Positions 19,928-31,207 of a stretch of 64,000 nucleotides of DNA are shown here, in pieces. This DNA comes from an uncultured archaeon (lineage in GTDB: Archaea > Asgardarchaeota > Thorarchaeia > Thorarchaeales > Thorarchaeaceae): NCBI GenBank assembly GCA_964558645.1, contig CAZLEV010000001.1, forward strand, positions 221,568 through 285,567, in the 5' to 3' direction. Each line of letters begins with the position of its first letter. Within the stretch, counting starts at the first letter, position 1. The notes beneath the pieces were generated by a model, which saw nothing but the letters and a program-made list of their open reading frames with translations, was not told the DNA's origin and did no database searches. A program made the position numbers and the translations under genes.

Positions 19928-20452
19928 ATGAAACCACAAAGCGTTTCTCTGGAGGATGGTCGGACAGTCCTTCTTCGACAGCGAACACGGAAAGACGCGG
20001 AGGGCCTCTACAATCTGTTCTCATCACTATCAGAGGATGCAAAACGCTGGACAATGGCACCCATCACTCGACAACGTATTGAGATGTGGCTGTCTCAGGA
20101 AGAACAGGTCATTGCGATTGTTGCGGTTTCGGATGAGAAGATCATAGGACAGTCCGTTGTCTTCATGTACGGTCATCACCGATACAAGAACTGTGCAGAG
20201 CTTGGAATCCAGGTGCATCAAGACTTCCAAGGTGTTGGGCTGGGAACAGTCATGACAGAGCGATGTATCAGGCTAGCGGAGGAGGCGGGTATTCACCGCC
20301 TGTCATTGGAGGTAGTCGCAGAGAACCATGTAGCAATCCACCTCTACCAAAAGCTCGGGTTCCAAGAGGAAGGCCGGAAACGAGAGGCATTCTTTGGAGA
20401 TGACGGAAACTACCATGACATGGTGATGATGGGGCAGATTCTGGATCGATGA
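19928..20452 (+). CDS. GNAT N-acetyltransferase
   Basis: VHQDFQGVGLGT, N..AI.LY.KLGF.EEG. Confidence 0.9.
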   Translation: MKPQSVSLEDGRTVLLRQRTRKDAEGLYNLFSSLSEDAKRWTMAPITRQRIEMWLSQEEQVIAIVAVSDEKIIGQSVVFMYGHHRYKNCAELGIQVHQDFQGVGLGTVMTERCIRLAEEAGIHRLSLEVVAENHVAIHLYQKLGFQEEGRKREAFFGDDGNYHDMVMMGQILDR

Positions 20453-20558
20453 ACCACTACCGGCAAGTCTAGGACTGAATCCCATGTGATTTCCAAACGA
20501 ACGCCAGCTGAGGGAACACTCAAATGGCAAATTGCGTCATGAGCAGGAAGGTTTTGCT

Positions 20559-21062
20559 ATGTCTTCGTACAAATGGCGAGAGTTCGACCCGCCTGAGAAG
20601 GGCCTGAATGAGGGTGAAACCGTGGAATGGAGCCAGAAGGCGGGGGTCGAGTTCACCCTCATCTTCTGTAGCGTTTGCCTCCCCTTGGCCTCCGTCTTTT
20701 TCGCCTATCCCATTGTTCTATTCTTGGGAGATCAGATTGGGGCGACTGTTCTCATAGGCGTGGGGATCATGATTCTCTACTTCTTCGGTCAGATGATAGG
20801 AAGGAAGAGGACGAAGTACTTCCTGACTTCAGAGCGCCTGCTTGAAGTGAGGGGCGGCATAGTCGAATATGAGATTCCGTTGGCGAATCTTCGAGGTTTT
20901 GCCCCTGCGGATTTCATGAGTACCAAACTATCCCATGATGATGGGCCCTACAACTACTACAACATAGTCATAGAGGATCCGGTACAGGGCAGTTCTATAC
21001 GGATGACGGCCATGCGTGAAGATATAGTTGAGATCGTTCGTGGACTCGGAGATTCGGGGTAG
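20559..21062 (+). CDS. Membrane protein (2 TM + bPH-like domain)
   Basis: L.EGE.V.W, two TM helices, T.Y.LTS.R. Confidence 0.65.
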   Translation: MSSYKWREFDPPEKGLNEGETVEWSQKAGVEFTLIFCSVCLPLASVFFAYPIVLFLGDQIGATVLIGVGIMILYFFGQMIGRKRTKYFLTSERLLEVRGGIVEYEIPLANLRGFAPADFMSTKLSHDDGPYNYYNIVIEDPVQGSSIRMTAMREDIVEIVRGLGDSG

Positions 21063-21105
21063 GTATCTGCAAATGTTTATCTGACTGAGCACAGAGCGAG
21101 GTATC

Positions 21106-23184
21106 ATGCCGACCCCTCCCGCTGCTAAGAAGGAGCCTCATGAAACAGAGATACACAATAGAGTTCTCAAGGACGATTACTTCTGGTTGAGAAACAAGGA
21201 TTCAGAGGACGTTCTCGAGTATCTCAGTGCAGAGAACGAGTACACCCTGAAGATGATGAGAGGGACAGAAGAGCTTCAACAGGAACTTTTTGAAGAGATG
21301 AAGGCACGTATCAGAGAGGACGACCAGAGTGCTCCAATCAGATATGGAGATTACTACTATTACTACAGGCAGATAAGAGGCAAGAACTACAAGGTGCATT
21401 GTAGGAAGGAGGGCTCTCTTGAGGCCCCGGAGCAGGTCATCTTAGATGAGAACGCCCTTGCAGAGAGTCAGAAATATCTCAATATCGGATCTTTGAAGAT
21501 CAGCAATGACCAGACCCTCCTTGCGTATACAGTGGACTTCTCAGGCGATGAGACCTATGAGGCGCATGTCGTTTCTCTACTGACTGGTGAGATTGTTGAC
21601 CGATTAGATCGCATTGGTGCCCAACTTGAATGGGCTGAGGACGATTCTGCACTATTCTACACCGAGCTTGATGATATCCACAGGGATTACGCAGTTTCAC
21701 GCCATTTGCTAAGAACTGAACAAGAGCAGGATGGACGAATCTTTGAGGAGGATGACACCCGCTTTAGCGTCCGTCTGAGAAAGGCAGCTGACGAAACATA
21801 TCTCTTCATCTACTCGGTAAATTTCCCTTCAGAGACCGTGGAAGTAAGATATCTTGATCTGGAGGACGATAAGCAGAAGCTCTTCACTTTGTTCTCAAGA
21901 AAGCTAGAGTCAGAGTTTGTTGTGGAGCATCATGAAGGGAGCTTCTATTTTCTTACTGATCATGAAGACGCAATCTCTTTCCGATTGATGAAGACTTCAG
22001 TCGAAAGCGTTGGAGAAGACAGCTGGCAATCGGTCAGAGAGAGAATGTTCGTAGCAAGGATGCCCGAGCTTGTTGTTTTTCGTGAGCACCTAGTCATCTT
22101 ATCGAGAAGTGAGGGATATGCCTCACTCACCGTACACAATCTATCATCCGGAGATGCACATGATATTCAACTCCAAGAGGATATCTACGACATCAGTCTA
22201 TCTCTTGCACGTTTCTCCCAAGTCTTCTACTTCGGAAATCCTGAATACGACACTGAAACACTGAGGTTCTACTTCAGCTCGCTTGTCACGCCACAGACAT
22301 CCTATGATTATAACATGGTCACGCGGGAGCTTGAAACGAAAAAAGTACATGAGATTAGGGGCTTCGATCCATCTCAGTATACCGCCGAGAGAAGATATGC
22401 TAGCGCTTCTGATGGTTCCAAAATACCAATCTCATTGGCGTATCGCAAGGACACTCCACTGGACGGGAGTTCTGCACTGCTCCTGTATGGCTACGGCTCT
22501 TATGGCTATGGCATGGACCCTAGCTTTGATCATAAACGACTGAGCCTCTTGGAGCGGGGGATGATCTTCGCCATTGCGCACATTCGGGGCGGTGGCGAGT
22601 TCGGAAAGAGATGGTACCATCAGGGTAAACTACAACACAAGATGAACACTTTCACTGATTTCATCACATGTGCAGAGTACCTTATTTCGGAGGGCTACAC
22701 AAGAAGCGATAGGCTCTGTGTCTGGGGTGGTAGTGCAGGGGGCTTACTGATGGGCGCTATCACAAATATCCGTCCCGACCTCTTCGGATGCGTTGTGGCG
22801 TCGGTACCCTTCGTTGACGTGATCAACACGATGCTTGACGACACAATTCCCCTTACCACCTTCGAGTATACGGAGTGGGGTGATCCACGCATCGAGGAGC
22901 AGTTCGAATGGATGATGTGTTATTCTCCCTACGACAACGTGGAAAGGAAGGACTACCCGCCCATACTGATTACAGCAGGCTACAATGACCCCCGCGTGCA
23001 GTACTGGGAGCCCGCGAAATGGACTGCAAGACTTCGTCGCATGAAGACCGACCGGAATAGGCTGTTGCTTAAGACCAAGATGGAAATAGGGCACTTCAGC
23101 TCAAGTGGCCGGTATGACTACATGAAAGACTACGCATTCAACTACGCATTCATTCTTGATACACTGGGTCTGAACCACTCCTAG
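21106..23184 (+). CDS. ptrB: Oligopeptidase B (S9A)
   Basis: DDYFWLR, LYGYGSYG, GGSAGG nucleophile, DPRV.YWEPAKW.A.LR, GH. Confidence 0.95.
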   Translation: MPTPPAAKKEPHETEIHNRVLKDDYFWLRNKDSEDVLEYLSAENEYTLKMMRGTEELQQELFEEMKARIREDDQSAPIRYGDYYYYYRQIRGKNYKVHCRKEGSLEAPEQVILDENALAESQKYLNIGSLKISNDQTLLAYTVDFSGDETYEAHVVSLLTGEIVDRLDRIGAQLEWAEDDSALFYTELDDIHRDYAVSRHLLRTEQEQDGRIFEEDDTRFSVRLRKAADETYLFIYSVNFPSETVEVRYLDLEDDKQKLFTLFSRKLESEFVVEHHEGSFYFLTDHEDAISFRLMKTSVESVGEDSWQSVRERMFVARMPELVVFREHLVILSRSEGYASLTVHNLSSGDAHDIQLQEDIYDISLSLARFSQVFYFGNPEYDTETLRFYFSSLVTPQTSYDYNMVTRELETKKVHEIRGFDPSQYTAERRYASASDGSKIPISLAYRKDTPLDGSSALLLYGYGSYGYGMDPSFDHKRLSLLERGMIFAIAHIRGGGEFGKRWYHQGKLQHKMNTFTDFITCAEYLISEGYTRSDRLCVWGGSAGGLLMGAITNIRPDLFGCVVASVPFVDVINTMLDDTIPLTTFEYTEWGDPRIEEQFEWMMCYSPYDNVERKDYPPILITAGYNDPRVQYWEPAKWTARLRRMKTDRNRLLLKTKMEIGHFSSSGRYDYMKDYAFNYAFILDTLGLNHS

Positions 23185-23248
23185 CCGGAGCGCGGTCGTC
23201 TGCGTTGTTGTGACAATGCTCTGGTTTTTTATGTTAGACTGGGACTGA

Positions 23249-24019
23249 ATGCGTATGCGAGCTGCAATTATCGGCGGGTCCGGATTCTATCGTTTCTTTG
23301 AAGGAGAAACAGGGAAGAGAACTACTCCCTATGGAGAGAGCAGCCCTGTCACGGAGTTTCAGGTAAATGATGAAACAGTCTTCTTCTTGCCCCGGCATGG
23401 TAGGGAGCACTCAGTACCTCCCCACCTCGTGAACTATCGGGCGAATGTGTACGCTCTTCGTGACCTTGACATCACGCACGTTGTGGCGACCAATGCCGTG
23501 GGTAGTTGCCGCACCGAGATGAAACCGGGTGACATTGTTGTGCCCGATCAACTCATAGACTCTACGGTCGGTAGGGTGTCAACCTTCTTCGTTGGAGACT
23601 CCGATGAGAAGATACCGGCTGAGTTCAAGACGGTACAGCATACGGATGTGAGTTATCCCTACGAGGGAGAGGTCAGACAGGCACTTCTTGATGCCCTTGC
23701 CGAACATGATGACATCATCTACCATTCAGTGGGTACGTACGTCTGCAACAATGGTCCTCGGTTTGAAACCGCCGCAGAAGTGAAGATGGCACGCATACTA
23801 GGAGGGCATATTCTGGGAATGACTTCTGCACCTGAGGCGTTTCTGGCACGGGAGTTGGGCATGGACTACGCGACCATCTGCTTGATTACTAACTACGGGG
23901 CGGGGATGCAGGATTCGGTGTCCCACGAGGAAGTACTCGAGCTGTTCAACGAGCGCATCGAAGTTGTCAGAGATATCATTCTCGACTGCACGAAATCTCT
24001 CCTTATGATGAAGAGGTAG
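23249..24019 (+). CDS. mtnP: 5'-methylthioadenosine/purine nucleoside phosphorylase
   Basis: IIGGSG, RHG..H..PPH.VNYRAN, GPRFET.AE, GMT..PE..LARE. Confidence 0.9.
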   Translation: MRMRAAIIGGSGFYRFFEGETGKRTTPYGESSPVTEFQVNDETVFFLPRHGREHSVPPHLVNYRANVYALRDLDITHVVATNAVGSCRTEMKPGDIVVPDQLIDSTVGRVSTFFVGDSDEKIPAEFKTVQHTDVSYPYEGEVRQALLDALAEHDDIIYHSVGTYVCNNGPRFETAAEVKMARILGGHILGMTSAPEAFLARELGMDYATICLITNYGAGMQDSVSHEEVLELFNERIEVVRDIILDCTKSLLMMKR

Positions 24020-24253
24020 CAGAACCTGAGATATCGTGAGCATCTATGTACTGAGAGACTCGTAGATCATCTTTCTCTTCTGCGAGAGTCGATGCATCGA
24101 ATCATCATGGCGCGAAACGCCTCTCAGAAGCCTCGAGAAACTCAGGTCTTCTTCTGATTCATCGCATCTTGAGGAAACAACTTGGAGCGAAGAGCGCAGT
24201 CTATAAATGATAAATCCTGCTGAGAGAAATCCTCAGGTATTCGGTCTGACGAG

Positions 24254-24568
24254 GTGTGCTTATTGGATGATTCTGGTATACGGGTTAAAATCTTCGAGAG
24301 CCGAGGCGAAACATCAGTCTTCATTGATGCCGAGGTCAATAATCAAGGCGACTTGGTCATGTCCGGTCAGGACATTGGAAAAGCGCCTGAAGAGTACTTC
24401 GGAGACTCCGACTATGAGTACTGGGTTGTTGTGAAGGACGAGCATAAGGACCGGGTGCTTCTTTCCCTGATGGAAGAAGTATATGGTGGCAACTCTAAGG
24501 CAGTGACAGCTTTCATACAGCTGATGAAATCGAAAGGCATCCCATACGAGTTTAGTACTTGGACGTAA
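24254..24568 (+). CDS. Hypothetical protein
   Basis: 104-aa ORF with natural composition (GQDIGKAPEEYFGDSDYEYWV); start uncertain. Confidence 0.7.
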   Translation: MCLLDDSGIRVKIFESRGETSVFIDAEVNNQGDLVMSGQDIGKAPEEYFGDSDYEYWVVVKDEHKDRVLLSLMEEVYGGNSKAVTAFIQLMKSKGIPYEFSTWT

Positions 24569-24740
24569 CTTGGAGTCGCCTCCTTCACGGAATCACTGTG
24601 GGTTGCTAGGTCACTCTTTACAGAAGTAATGACTACTAAGGAGTGGGTTGCTGTCACAACGGGAGGCACCCAACGACCCAGTTGCCCCTGACCAGCAGAT
24701 TGATTCAACGGGCATCAAAGAGTCAATCCTCCTCGCAGGA

Positions 24741-24975
24741 GATTGAAACAGTGAATTGCATTTGTCCCGGAGCCATAGACACTCCAATGCTGGAGCGCGT
24801 TAAGGGTTGGCAGGGGAGCTCGAAGAGGTCCGTGCCAGAAGGGTCAAGGGCTATCCACTTGGGCGATTTGAAAGACCTGATGAGGTTGCGCAATCTGTTC
24901 TCTTCCTCTCGTCTGGTATGTCCTCGTTGATCCGCGAAGTAGTCCTTGTAGTTGATGGTGGTTTCAGTTCGCTTT
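24741..24975 (+). pseudogene. C-terminal remnant of a short-chain dehydrogenase/reductase
   Basis: VNCICPGAIDTPML in one frame and PLGRF..PDEVA..VLFL.S...VDGG in another; Rossmann N-terminus absent. Confidence 0.8.
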
Positions 24976-25260
24976 GGGTCTGGGCAGAACCAAGTACGGT
25001 AGCATTCAAGAAGGCAACGCTTGCGATTCCTGTCATCTGGGTCCTACGAATCATAGAGCGGCCAGATTAGAACCCGCGAAGCAGTCATATCATGTGGTGG
25101 ATTGGCAGAACCTTTCTCTTCGTGGTTTCTGTTCTGTTTCCAGGGGTTCATGGACTGATGAAGGAGCTGTATATCGATGAGATTTGATTAGATCTGAACG
25201 CTTCATATGCATTATTCCATTTGAGCGCAGCCTCATGACCTCACCGCAGCAATCGAAGTT

Positions 25261-28062
25261 CTAGCCAGCTGTCCTCAGCCCGTCTGCAAGTTGTGCTCTA
25301 AGATAGTGTTTGGTTACTACATGGGTGAGGACTAGCGGTGCGATGAAGCTCAGAGCTATAATGATGGATAGTGTGAGATGTGGGATGCTAAGAGCCATGG
25401 GTAGTCTTTGCCAGTTCACCGATCCGGATACACCAGTATGACTGAGCGGTGTTCCTAGGATTAGAAGGCTCAATAACAAGCCCAATGGAATACCGATGGC
25501 TGCGGCAATTGCTATGCTGAGAAAGCTGTCAAGCAGAAGAGCCTGTTGCACAGACTCAGTTTCTGAGCCAAGTGCACGAACCACAGAGAAATGCTTCCTC
25601 AGTGATTCATTCTTTTGCACAGCGATGAGTGCCATTCCGATGGAGAGATAGATGATGGTGAAGATGACATTGAGGGAGAAGACCCCGTGTATTGTACAAG
25701 CGCTTCTTGAATCAACGATTGCCTGTTGCTGGCTCATGGTAGATTCAATTGTTAGAATATTATGACCCCCTACTTCCCAAAGCTCACTGATGACAGCCGT
25801 ATGATTTGCATCAGGAGCCAACCGCAAGTAGAATTTATCCACCCGCGAAGTGTTAAGCCTATCATGGAGAAGATTCATGTTGAGCAGTATGAACTCGTCC
25901 TCTTCAGGCGCACCTGGCAGATAGGTGGGGCTGTCCTCAGTTGAGTCCTCAGACAGAATATCGATGATTGTTACATTGAACTGCGTTCCTATTCCCTGCT
26001 TCAACAACCTCAGGGTTACTTCGTTTCCGTACACAGGGGCATAGCTGACATCCTCTTCTACATCATATCCTATAACCGGGCGGAAGGATGAGAGCACGTG
26101 TGTCCAGTTGTCAGCCATCGCGGACACGGCCTCTTCAGGATTCTGCCCTTCAGCAAAACAAGGCAAGAAGAAGGCGGCTGAGGCCCATTCGTCCGGTTGC
26201 ACCCCGTATACGGAAATCTGACGATCGTGTACCACGGTAGCATAGGGGCCGATTGTGAGATATGACACTCTCGCCTTCTCGATGAGCATTCCGCTCACAT
26301 GTTCAACACCAGCAATGGCCTGAAGCGCATCTCCTAGGTCCTCAGTGCTGTTCTCCATGGATGGGTTGAGTTCCATCAGAATGTCTGCCCCAACGTCAAA
26401 GGCAAGAAGATTCCTCACGTGATTGGAACCAGTATCCGATACAATCGCAGAAAACATCGCAGTCATGAATACGAGGGCGATAAACATCACACCCAAAGCC
26501 TCGGTCTTCGGCTTCATTCTTGAATAGCCCCCCATGACACTGGTTCCTCCGACGCGTCTTGGGTCGGCAATCTTTCTCATTAATGAGGACTTGAGATGTG
26601 CCGTAGGACGGGCTAGAAACTTCGTCAGGGATATGATGAAAGCTCCGAATGCGACCACTGTCATGAAAGAGGTGAATGGGCTCCGAGAGGAGGCAGCATA
26701 AGCACCCATATACGGAAGTAACATCATGACCACTACACTTGATATGCCAGCAATTGCTATTTCGATGATAGGTGCGTAGGTTTCCTCAGTTTCGGTCTTG
26801 TCCTCATGTACCTCCCTATGGGTTTCAGATGGAGACAACAGAAGAACCCGGATAATAGATAAGACCGACGCAAAGAGTCCCATGCAGAAGGAGAAGCCGA
26901 ACACGAACAAGACTGCTTGCGGCTGCAATACCACAGAGAATGCACTTGTACTGAATACCAAGAAACCCCTCATATTGCCGGAGAGAAGGGCCGCCAAGAA
27001 ACCTATGGCTACTGCCCCCGCTGCTCCCAAGAAACCTGTGAGGAGAGAGATGTCCAGAACCCAAGCGGCTGCGGCCCTGCTGGAGGCACCTCTCATACGT
27101 AGCATCCCGACTTCATTGCGGCGTTTGTCAGAAACTAGTTCACTTGTGTAGTTCACTAGAATGATGCCCATAACGAAACTCGGGATCGTAAAGGCAATCG
27201 CTATGGCAATCATACTCGAGCGCCATGATGCATAGCCGCGTACAACACTGAGGGCAGCCAGTTCTGTAATGCTCGCATGGGGTGCAATGTTCTGGGCAAT
27301 GGTCTTTCTGAGAGTGTCGATTTGCTCTTCTGCCTCAGCCGTATCTGAATTTTGAAGAAAGGAGGGTTGCATTTTTACCCAGATTCGGTGACTCAATGCG
27401 TTACGAACTCCGTAGCCAATGAGGCCGAATTCCGTTTGAAGAGTACTCTTCGTCATAATTGCCCTCAAGATTGGTATTGAATCTTCACCCTGTTTGTATC
27501 TCCCCCATAGGTTGGTTGACTCGAAACTCCCTCGTACTTCTAGCGTCCTTATGATATAATGTGTATCACCCCATTGGCTTCTCGGTTCAACCACTGTGAC
27601 ATTGTATGGATCGCCAATTCTAAGGCCTGCTTCCGTGAATATGCTTTCATCAACATAACAGCCGCCTTCTGTCAGTTCTAGGCTCTCTGGAGAAAGCTGG
27701 ATACAGTCAGCATACGTTTCAAGAAAACTATCCGCAACTCCGAGATGTACGTATCTTCTGTAGGGAGAAAACCACAGATAGTCGTAGTGGCCATCAATGG
27801 TCAGTACATGCTCTGATGCAGCTATCTGATCTTGATTCGCCAAGAAATCCATGATTTCTGTGGTCGAGCCATCTCCTTGAGAATAGAAGGTGTTCGTGAA
27901 TTGTATCTTCATATGGATGGGGGTACTATTAGCTAGTTCATCCAAAACATACGGGCCGGTGCTGTCTGTATAGAAGAGAATACCGGCCAGAACGCCTGAA
28001 GATAGGGAGAATACTAGGAGTGTGACCAATGTCTGGGTAGCGTCAGATTGTAGGCGCTGCAC
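25261..28062 (-). CDS. Large FtsX/MacB-type ABC permease
   Basis: Two repeats of TM + extracytoplasmic domain + 3 TM; RRNEVGMLRMRGAS, VGADI, FSVVRALG. Confidence 0.88.
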   Translation of the reverse strand: MQRLQSDATQTLVTLLVFSLSSGVLAGILFYTDSTGPYVLDELANSTPIHMKIQFTNTFYSQGDGSTTEIMDFLANQDQIAASEHVLTIDGHYDYLWFSPYRRYVHLGVADSFLETYADCIQLSPESLELTEGGCYVDESIFTEAGLRIGDPYNVTVVEPRSQWGDTHYIIRTLEVRGSFESTNLWGRYKQGEDSIPILRAIMTKSTLQTEFGLIGYGVRNALSHRIWVKMQPSFLQNSDTAEAEEQIDTLRKTIAQNIAPHASITELAALSVVRGYASWRSSMIAIAIAFTIPSFVMGIILVNYTSELVSDKRRNEVGMLRMRGASSRAAAAWVLDISLLTGFLGAAGAVAIGFLAALLSGNMRGFLVFSTSAFSVVLQPQAVLFVFGFSFCMGLFASVLSIIRVLLLSPSETHREVHEDKTETEETYAPIIEIAIAGISSVVVMMLLPYMGAYAASSRSPFTSFMTVVAFGAFIISLTKFLARPTAHLKSSLMRKIADPRRVGGTSVMGGYSRMKPKTEALGVMFIALVFMTAMFSAIVSDTGSNHVRNLLAFDVGADILMELNPSMENSTEDLGDALQAIAGVEHVSGMLIEKARVSYLTIGPYATVVHDRQISVYGVQPDEWASAAFFLPCFAEGQNPEEAVSAMADNWTHVLSSFRPVIGYDVEEDVSYAPVYGNEVTLRLLKQGIGTQFNVTIIDILSEDSTEDSPTYLPGAPEEDEFILLNMNLLHDRLNTSRVDKFYLRLAPDANHTAVISELWEVGGHNILTIESTMSQQQAIVDSRSACTIHGVFSLNVIFTIIYLSIGMALIAVQKNESLRKHFSVVRALGSETESVQQALLLDSFLSIAIAAAIGIPLGLLLSLLILGTPLSHTGVSGSVNWQRLPMALSIPHLTLSIIIALSFIAPLVLTHVVTKHYLRAQLADGLRTAG

Positions 28063-28071
28063 TAAGAATAT

Positions 28072-30891
28072 CTAGAAGAGCCTCCCTTTCTGTTGTGTTT
28101 CATCCCAAGCAAGATGTGCAATCGTCGATAGGGGCATATTCATCTCGAAAGCTGAGAGCGCAAGAGCTACGACAGTGGCAGTCATGAACACCGCAAACAA
28201 CATACCCAGTAGAATTGACCAAGGAATAACGAGAATAATCGGATATGGAAATGAGGTCAATGCAATACCTGAGGACAGAATTAGCAGCTCAATCCCATTA
28301 CTGATCATGATTGGCGTTGTAATCAACAAGAGCATGCTGGAGTAGAATGAGAGGGTCAGCATCTGAGTCAGATTGTATCCTAGAACCTCTCGTTTCCCTG
28401 CTCCCAGCGATTTCAGAAGAGCTGTTTCTCTTATCCTTTGTTGTCGAGTAGATACGGTGTATGTGACCAGTGTAATAGGAATCAGAATGAATGTAAGAAC
28501 AGAGAGCATTGTATGAACTGAGCGGTCCAACATGTATCTTTCACTCTCAGTATGCTCTTTCACGATCTCAAATGCCGCTGCAGACCCGCTGATCGCATCG
28601 GCTGCAGAACCCGTGTTCTCTATTATGTTTCGACGAGCTGCACTTCCGTTGGCAGTATCTTCGGTTCGAGCACATATGTAACCATTGCTGATATCCCCGG
28701 ATCCGAGCTGACTCTGAGCCAATGCCCGGTTGATCCAAATCCTGCCCCGTCCAATCCTACCCGAGTATTGATTCTTGATTGGAGGGTGGTATCCATGAAC
28801 CGAGACCATAGAGTCAGGTAGTTCGCTTACTACCCCCAAAATGACAAATGTCAGGGTTTCAATCAAAGACCCGTTCCTTCTAAATGCATTCAGTGTATCT
28901 CCTTCATATACGCCGTATGACGCGGCAATGTCCTGAGTTAGCACTGCGCCGTTGAGAATCGTATGAAGCTCCTCGAGGTAGTCCATGAGGTAAGAGGATT
29001 CGAGGCCGATTCCCTGAGCGTCATATCCAGTGTATGCATAGTCCAGCGGATCAACAGCGACAAATTCGAGCTTCTCCTGTAGCTCGGTTGACAAGGATAA
29101 TCCATAGACGCTAATGAGAGAGGCTGACTGAATATCCGGATGATTCTCCGAAACGGCAAGAATATCATCCCATAGGTTCGATTGCGACTTCCTGAGGCTG
29201 AATGCAATATCTCCCCCGATTGCAAAACGGGTTTGGTTTAGAATCGTTTGGTCAAGAGTTGTATCAAGAATTGCGTTGTTCCAAATCAGACTCGTTGAAA
29301 GCATGAGTATAAGAATTGCAAGTGCAGCCTGTATCTTCTGGGTCTGGACACTTCTGATACCGACAATTCGCTTCGACGCAAGACCTCTACCTCTTAGGAA
29401 AGAGGATATCTTGCTCAGAGGCCTTCCCAATTCCTTTGTGACAAGATCCCCGAGCGCTACCACCGCTACATACGGAGCAATACGGATTATCAGTGTAGCT
29501 ATCAATGATGACTTGATTGCTGTCGGTGCCTGTGATATTCCTACGACAAGCAGAAATGAACAGACAACAAGGGCTACATCCCATTGAACACGCTTTAGGT
29601 TCATCGGAATTCTAGAAATCCCTGAATTGGAAGAATCAGATTTACCTGCAAGGAAAGGGGGTATCAAGAAGGCTCCCAAGACTACACAGGGGGCGATCAC
29701 TCCGTAGAGAATAAGAGCAAAGATTGAATCCAAGGAAACGAGTATGCCGAGCTGAATTTCGAGGGCTCCTCTCTGCGCCAAGCTTCCTATCATCAAACCG
29801 ATTTCGTCAAACAAGATGCTCAGGCCAATCGAAGGCACAATTGCAATGACTGCAATGGTCAGAACCTCCTTGTAAGCCAGCCCCATGATCTGACGAGAAG
29901 AGGCACCTCGTGATTCCAGTGTTTTGATTCTCCTGTTATGGTGCTTCATGAAGATAAGCAGCCCCTGAATCATAACAAGAACTCCCACAAAGAGAAAGCT
30001 CTGGATTCGGATGAGCTGTGTTAACCGAGCAGAATTGAGCCAGTTTGAATAGCTTTCGATTCCCTTTAGCAGCAGATTATCCACGAAGAACCCGGTAACA
30101 TGCCTCTCCGAGTATCTTGGGTCCAGTTGTCGGATGCTCTCATCAATCTCTTGGAGGTAATGTAGGCTTCTGGAGGGCCAAAAGGCACTGATATGCTCCC
30201 GTTCTACATCGAGATACACGTAGTCTTCTCTCCCACGATCTCCAATGAGCTCGAAAGGTACGACAGCATAGGCTGAGGTGTAGTAGTATGATACCTGGTT
30301 GTCCGTTGCTCCCAGACGGTACACTCCTACTAGCTCAAGAATGCGCTTTGTTGCCTCCTGTTGGAACACGTATTCTACAATGTCTCCGGGGCCCACATGA
30401 TAGCGGTCTGCAACCCAGTCAACAACTGCTATTTCGCTGGCATTTTCTGGATATCTCCCAGTTGTGAGATTCATGATGCTCCCGAACATTTCGGTAAAAT
30501 CTGGACCGAGACAGGCAGCCCGAGTCGTAGTATTCAACTCTGGATCCAATGGATCTCCAGATACTAAGAAGCCGCTCGAAGGAGTTCTGTTGTGATGAAG
30601 GGGATATGCGTATATCATGGCCCAGGCACTGTGTAGGTATGCAGCCTTCGTAACTCCTGGTATAGCACGGATTTCGTTGATGTGCTTGAGTCCCTCGCTA
30701 CCAGTTATCACAGCTGAAGCTGGCCCAACATTTGTGCTTGAGTGCCACGTCACCAGAGAGTAGGAATCCAGATAGGCAAGTGTGCTTCCCAAAATGGTGT
30801 TTGACATCGTTAAACAGATTATGAGGTACCCTAAGCTTCGACACCTTGAGATGCTCAAACCTATCTGAACTCCATCTCTTAGGTTGTTCAT
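28072..30891 (-). CDS. Large FtsX/MacB-type ABC permease
   Basis: GRYPENASEI, LESRGAS, IGGDI, RETALLKSLGA. Confidence 0.88.
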   Translation of the reverse strand: MNNLRDGVQIGLSISRCRSLGYLIICLTMSNTILGSTLAYLDSYSLVTWHSSTNVGPASAVITGSEGLKHINEIRAIPGVTKAAYLHSAWAMIYAYPLHHNRTPSSGFLVSGDPLDPELNTTTRAACLGPDFTEMFGSIMNLTTGRYPENASEIAVVDWVADRYHVGPGDIVEYVFQQEATKRILELVGVYRLGATDNQVSYYYTSAYAVVPFELIGDRGREDYVYLDVEREHISAFWPSRSLHYLQEIDESIRQLDPRYSERHVTGFFVDNLLLKGIESYSNWLNSARLTQLIRIQSFLFVGVLVMIQGLLIFMKHHNRRIKTLESRGASSRQIMGLAYKEVLTIAVIAIVPSIGLSILFDEIGLMIGSLAQRGALEIQLGILVSLDSIFALILYGVIAPCVVLGAFLIPPFLAGKSDSSNSGISRIPMNLKRVQWDVALVVCSFLLVVGISQAPTAIKSSLIATLIIRIAPYVAVVALGDLVTKELGRPLSKISSFLRGRGLASKRIVGIRSVQTQKIQAALAILILMLSTSLIWNNAILDTTLDQTILNQTRFAIGGDIAFSLRKSQSNLWDDILAVSENHPDIQSASLISVYGLSLSTELQEKLEFVAVDPLDYAYTGYDAQGIGLESSYLMDYLEELHTILNGAVLTQDIAASYGVYEGDTLNAFRRNGSLIETLTFVILGVVSELPDSMVSVHGYHPPIKNQYSGRIGRGRIWINRALAQSQLGSGDISNGYICARTEDTANGSAARRNIIENTGSAADAISGSAAAFEIVKEHTESERYMLDRSVHTMLSVLTFILIPITLVTYTVSTRQQRIRETALLKSLGAGKREVLGYNLTQMLTLSFYSSMLLLITTPIMISNGIELLILSSGIALTSFPYPIILVIPWSILLGMLFAVFMTATVVALALSAFEMNMPLSTIAHLAWDETQQKGRLF

Positions 30892-31207
30892 GTGAACGCT
30901 CCTTCGTGTGGACGCCCTTGACTGAGGCAGTTTCTCGACGAGTCTGAATGTCCTTATGATTTAATAAACCTCTGTCAACCTCATTGACGGGTAGATTGCA
31001 GCTACAAAAAACCTAGACAAAGCTAGACATTTCTTGGGGTGCTTGTGTACCTCGGTACAAGACTAGTTCATAGTTCATCTGGCACCGCTGTGTTGACCTC
31101 ACGGAGTGAAGTTCCACTGCCGTTTCTGGACGGACAAGACTCCGGTGTCGAGGTTTGTCCAGCTTACAATGAACGGTGAGTCACGTCAGGCATAGGCGTA
31201 CTGCAAA

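Noticed and set aside
30972-30990. CTGTCAACCTCATTGACGG inverted repeat upstream of the permeases
   Set aside because: The GTCA/TGAC arms have a 7-nt spacer instead of 2 and there is only one instance. Not enough to call.
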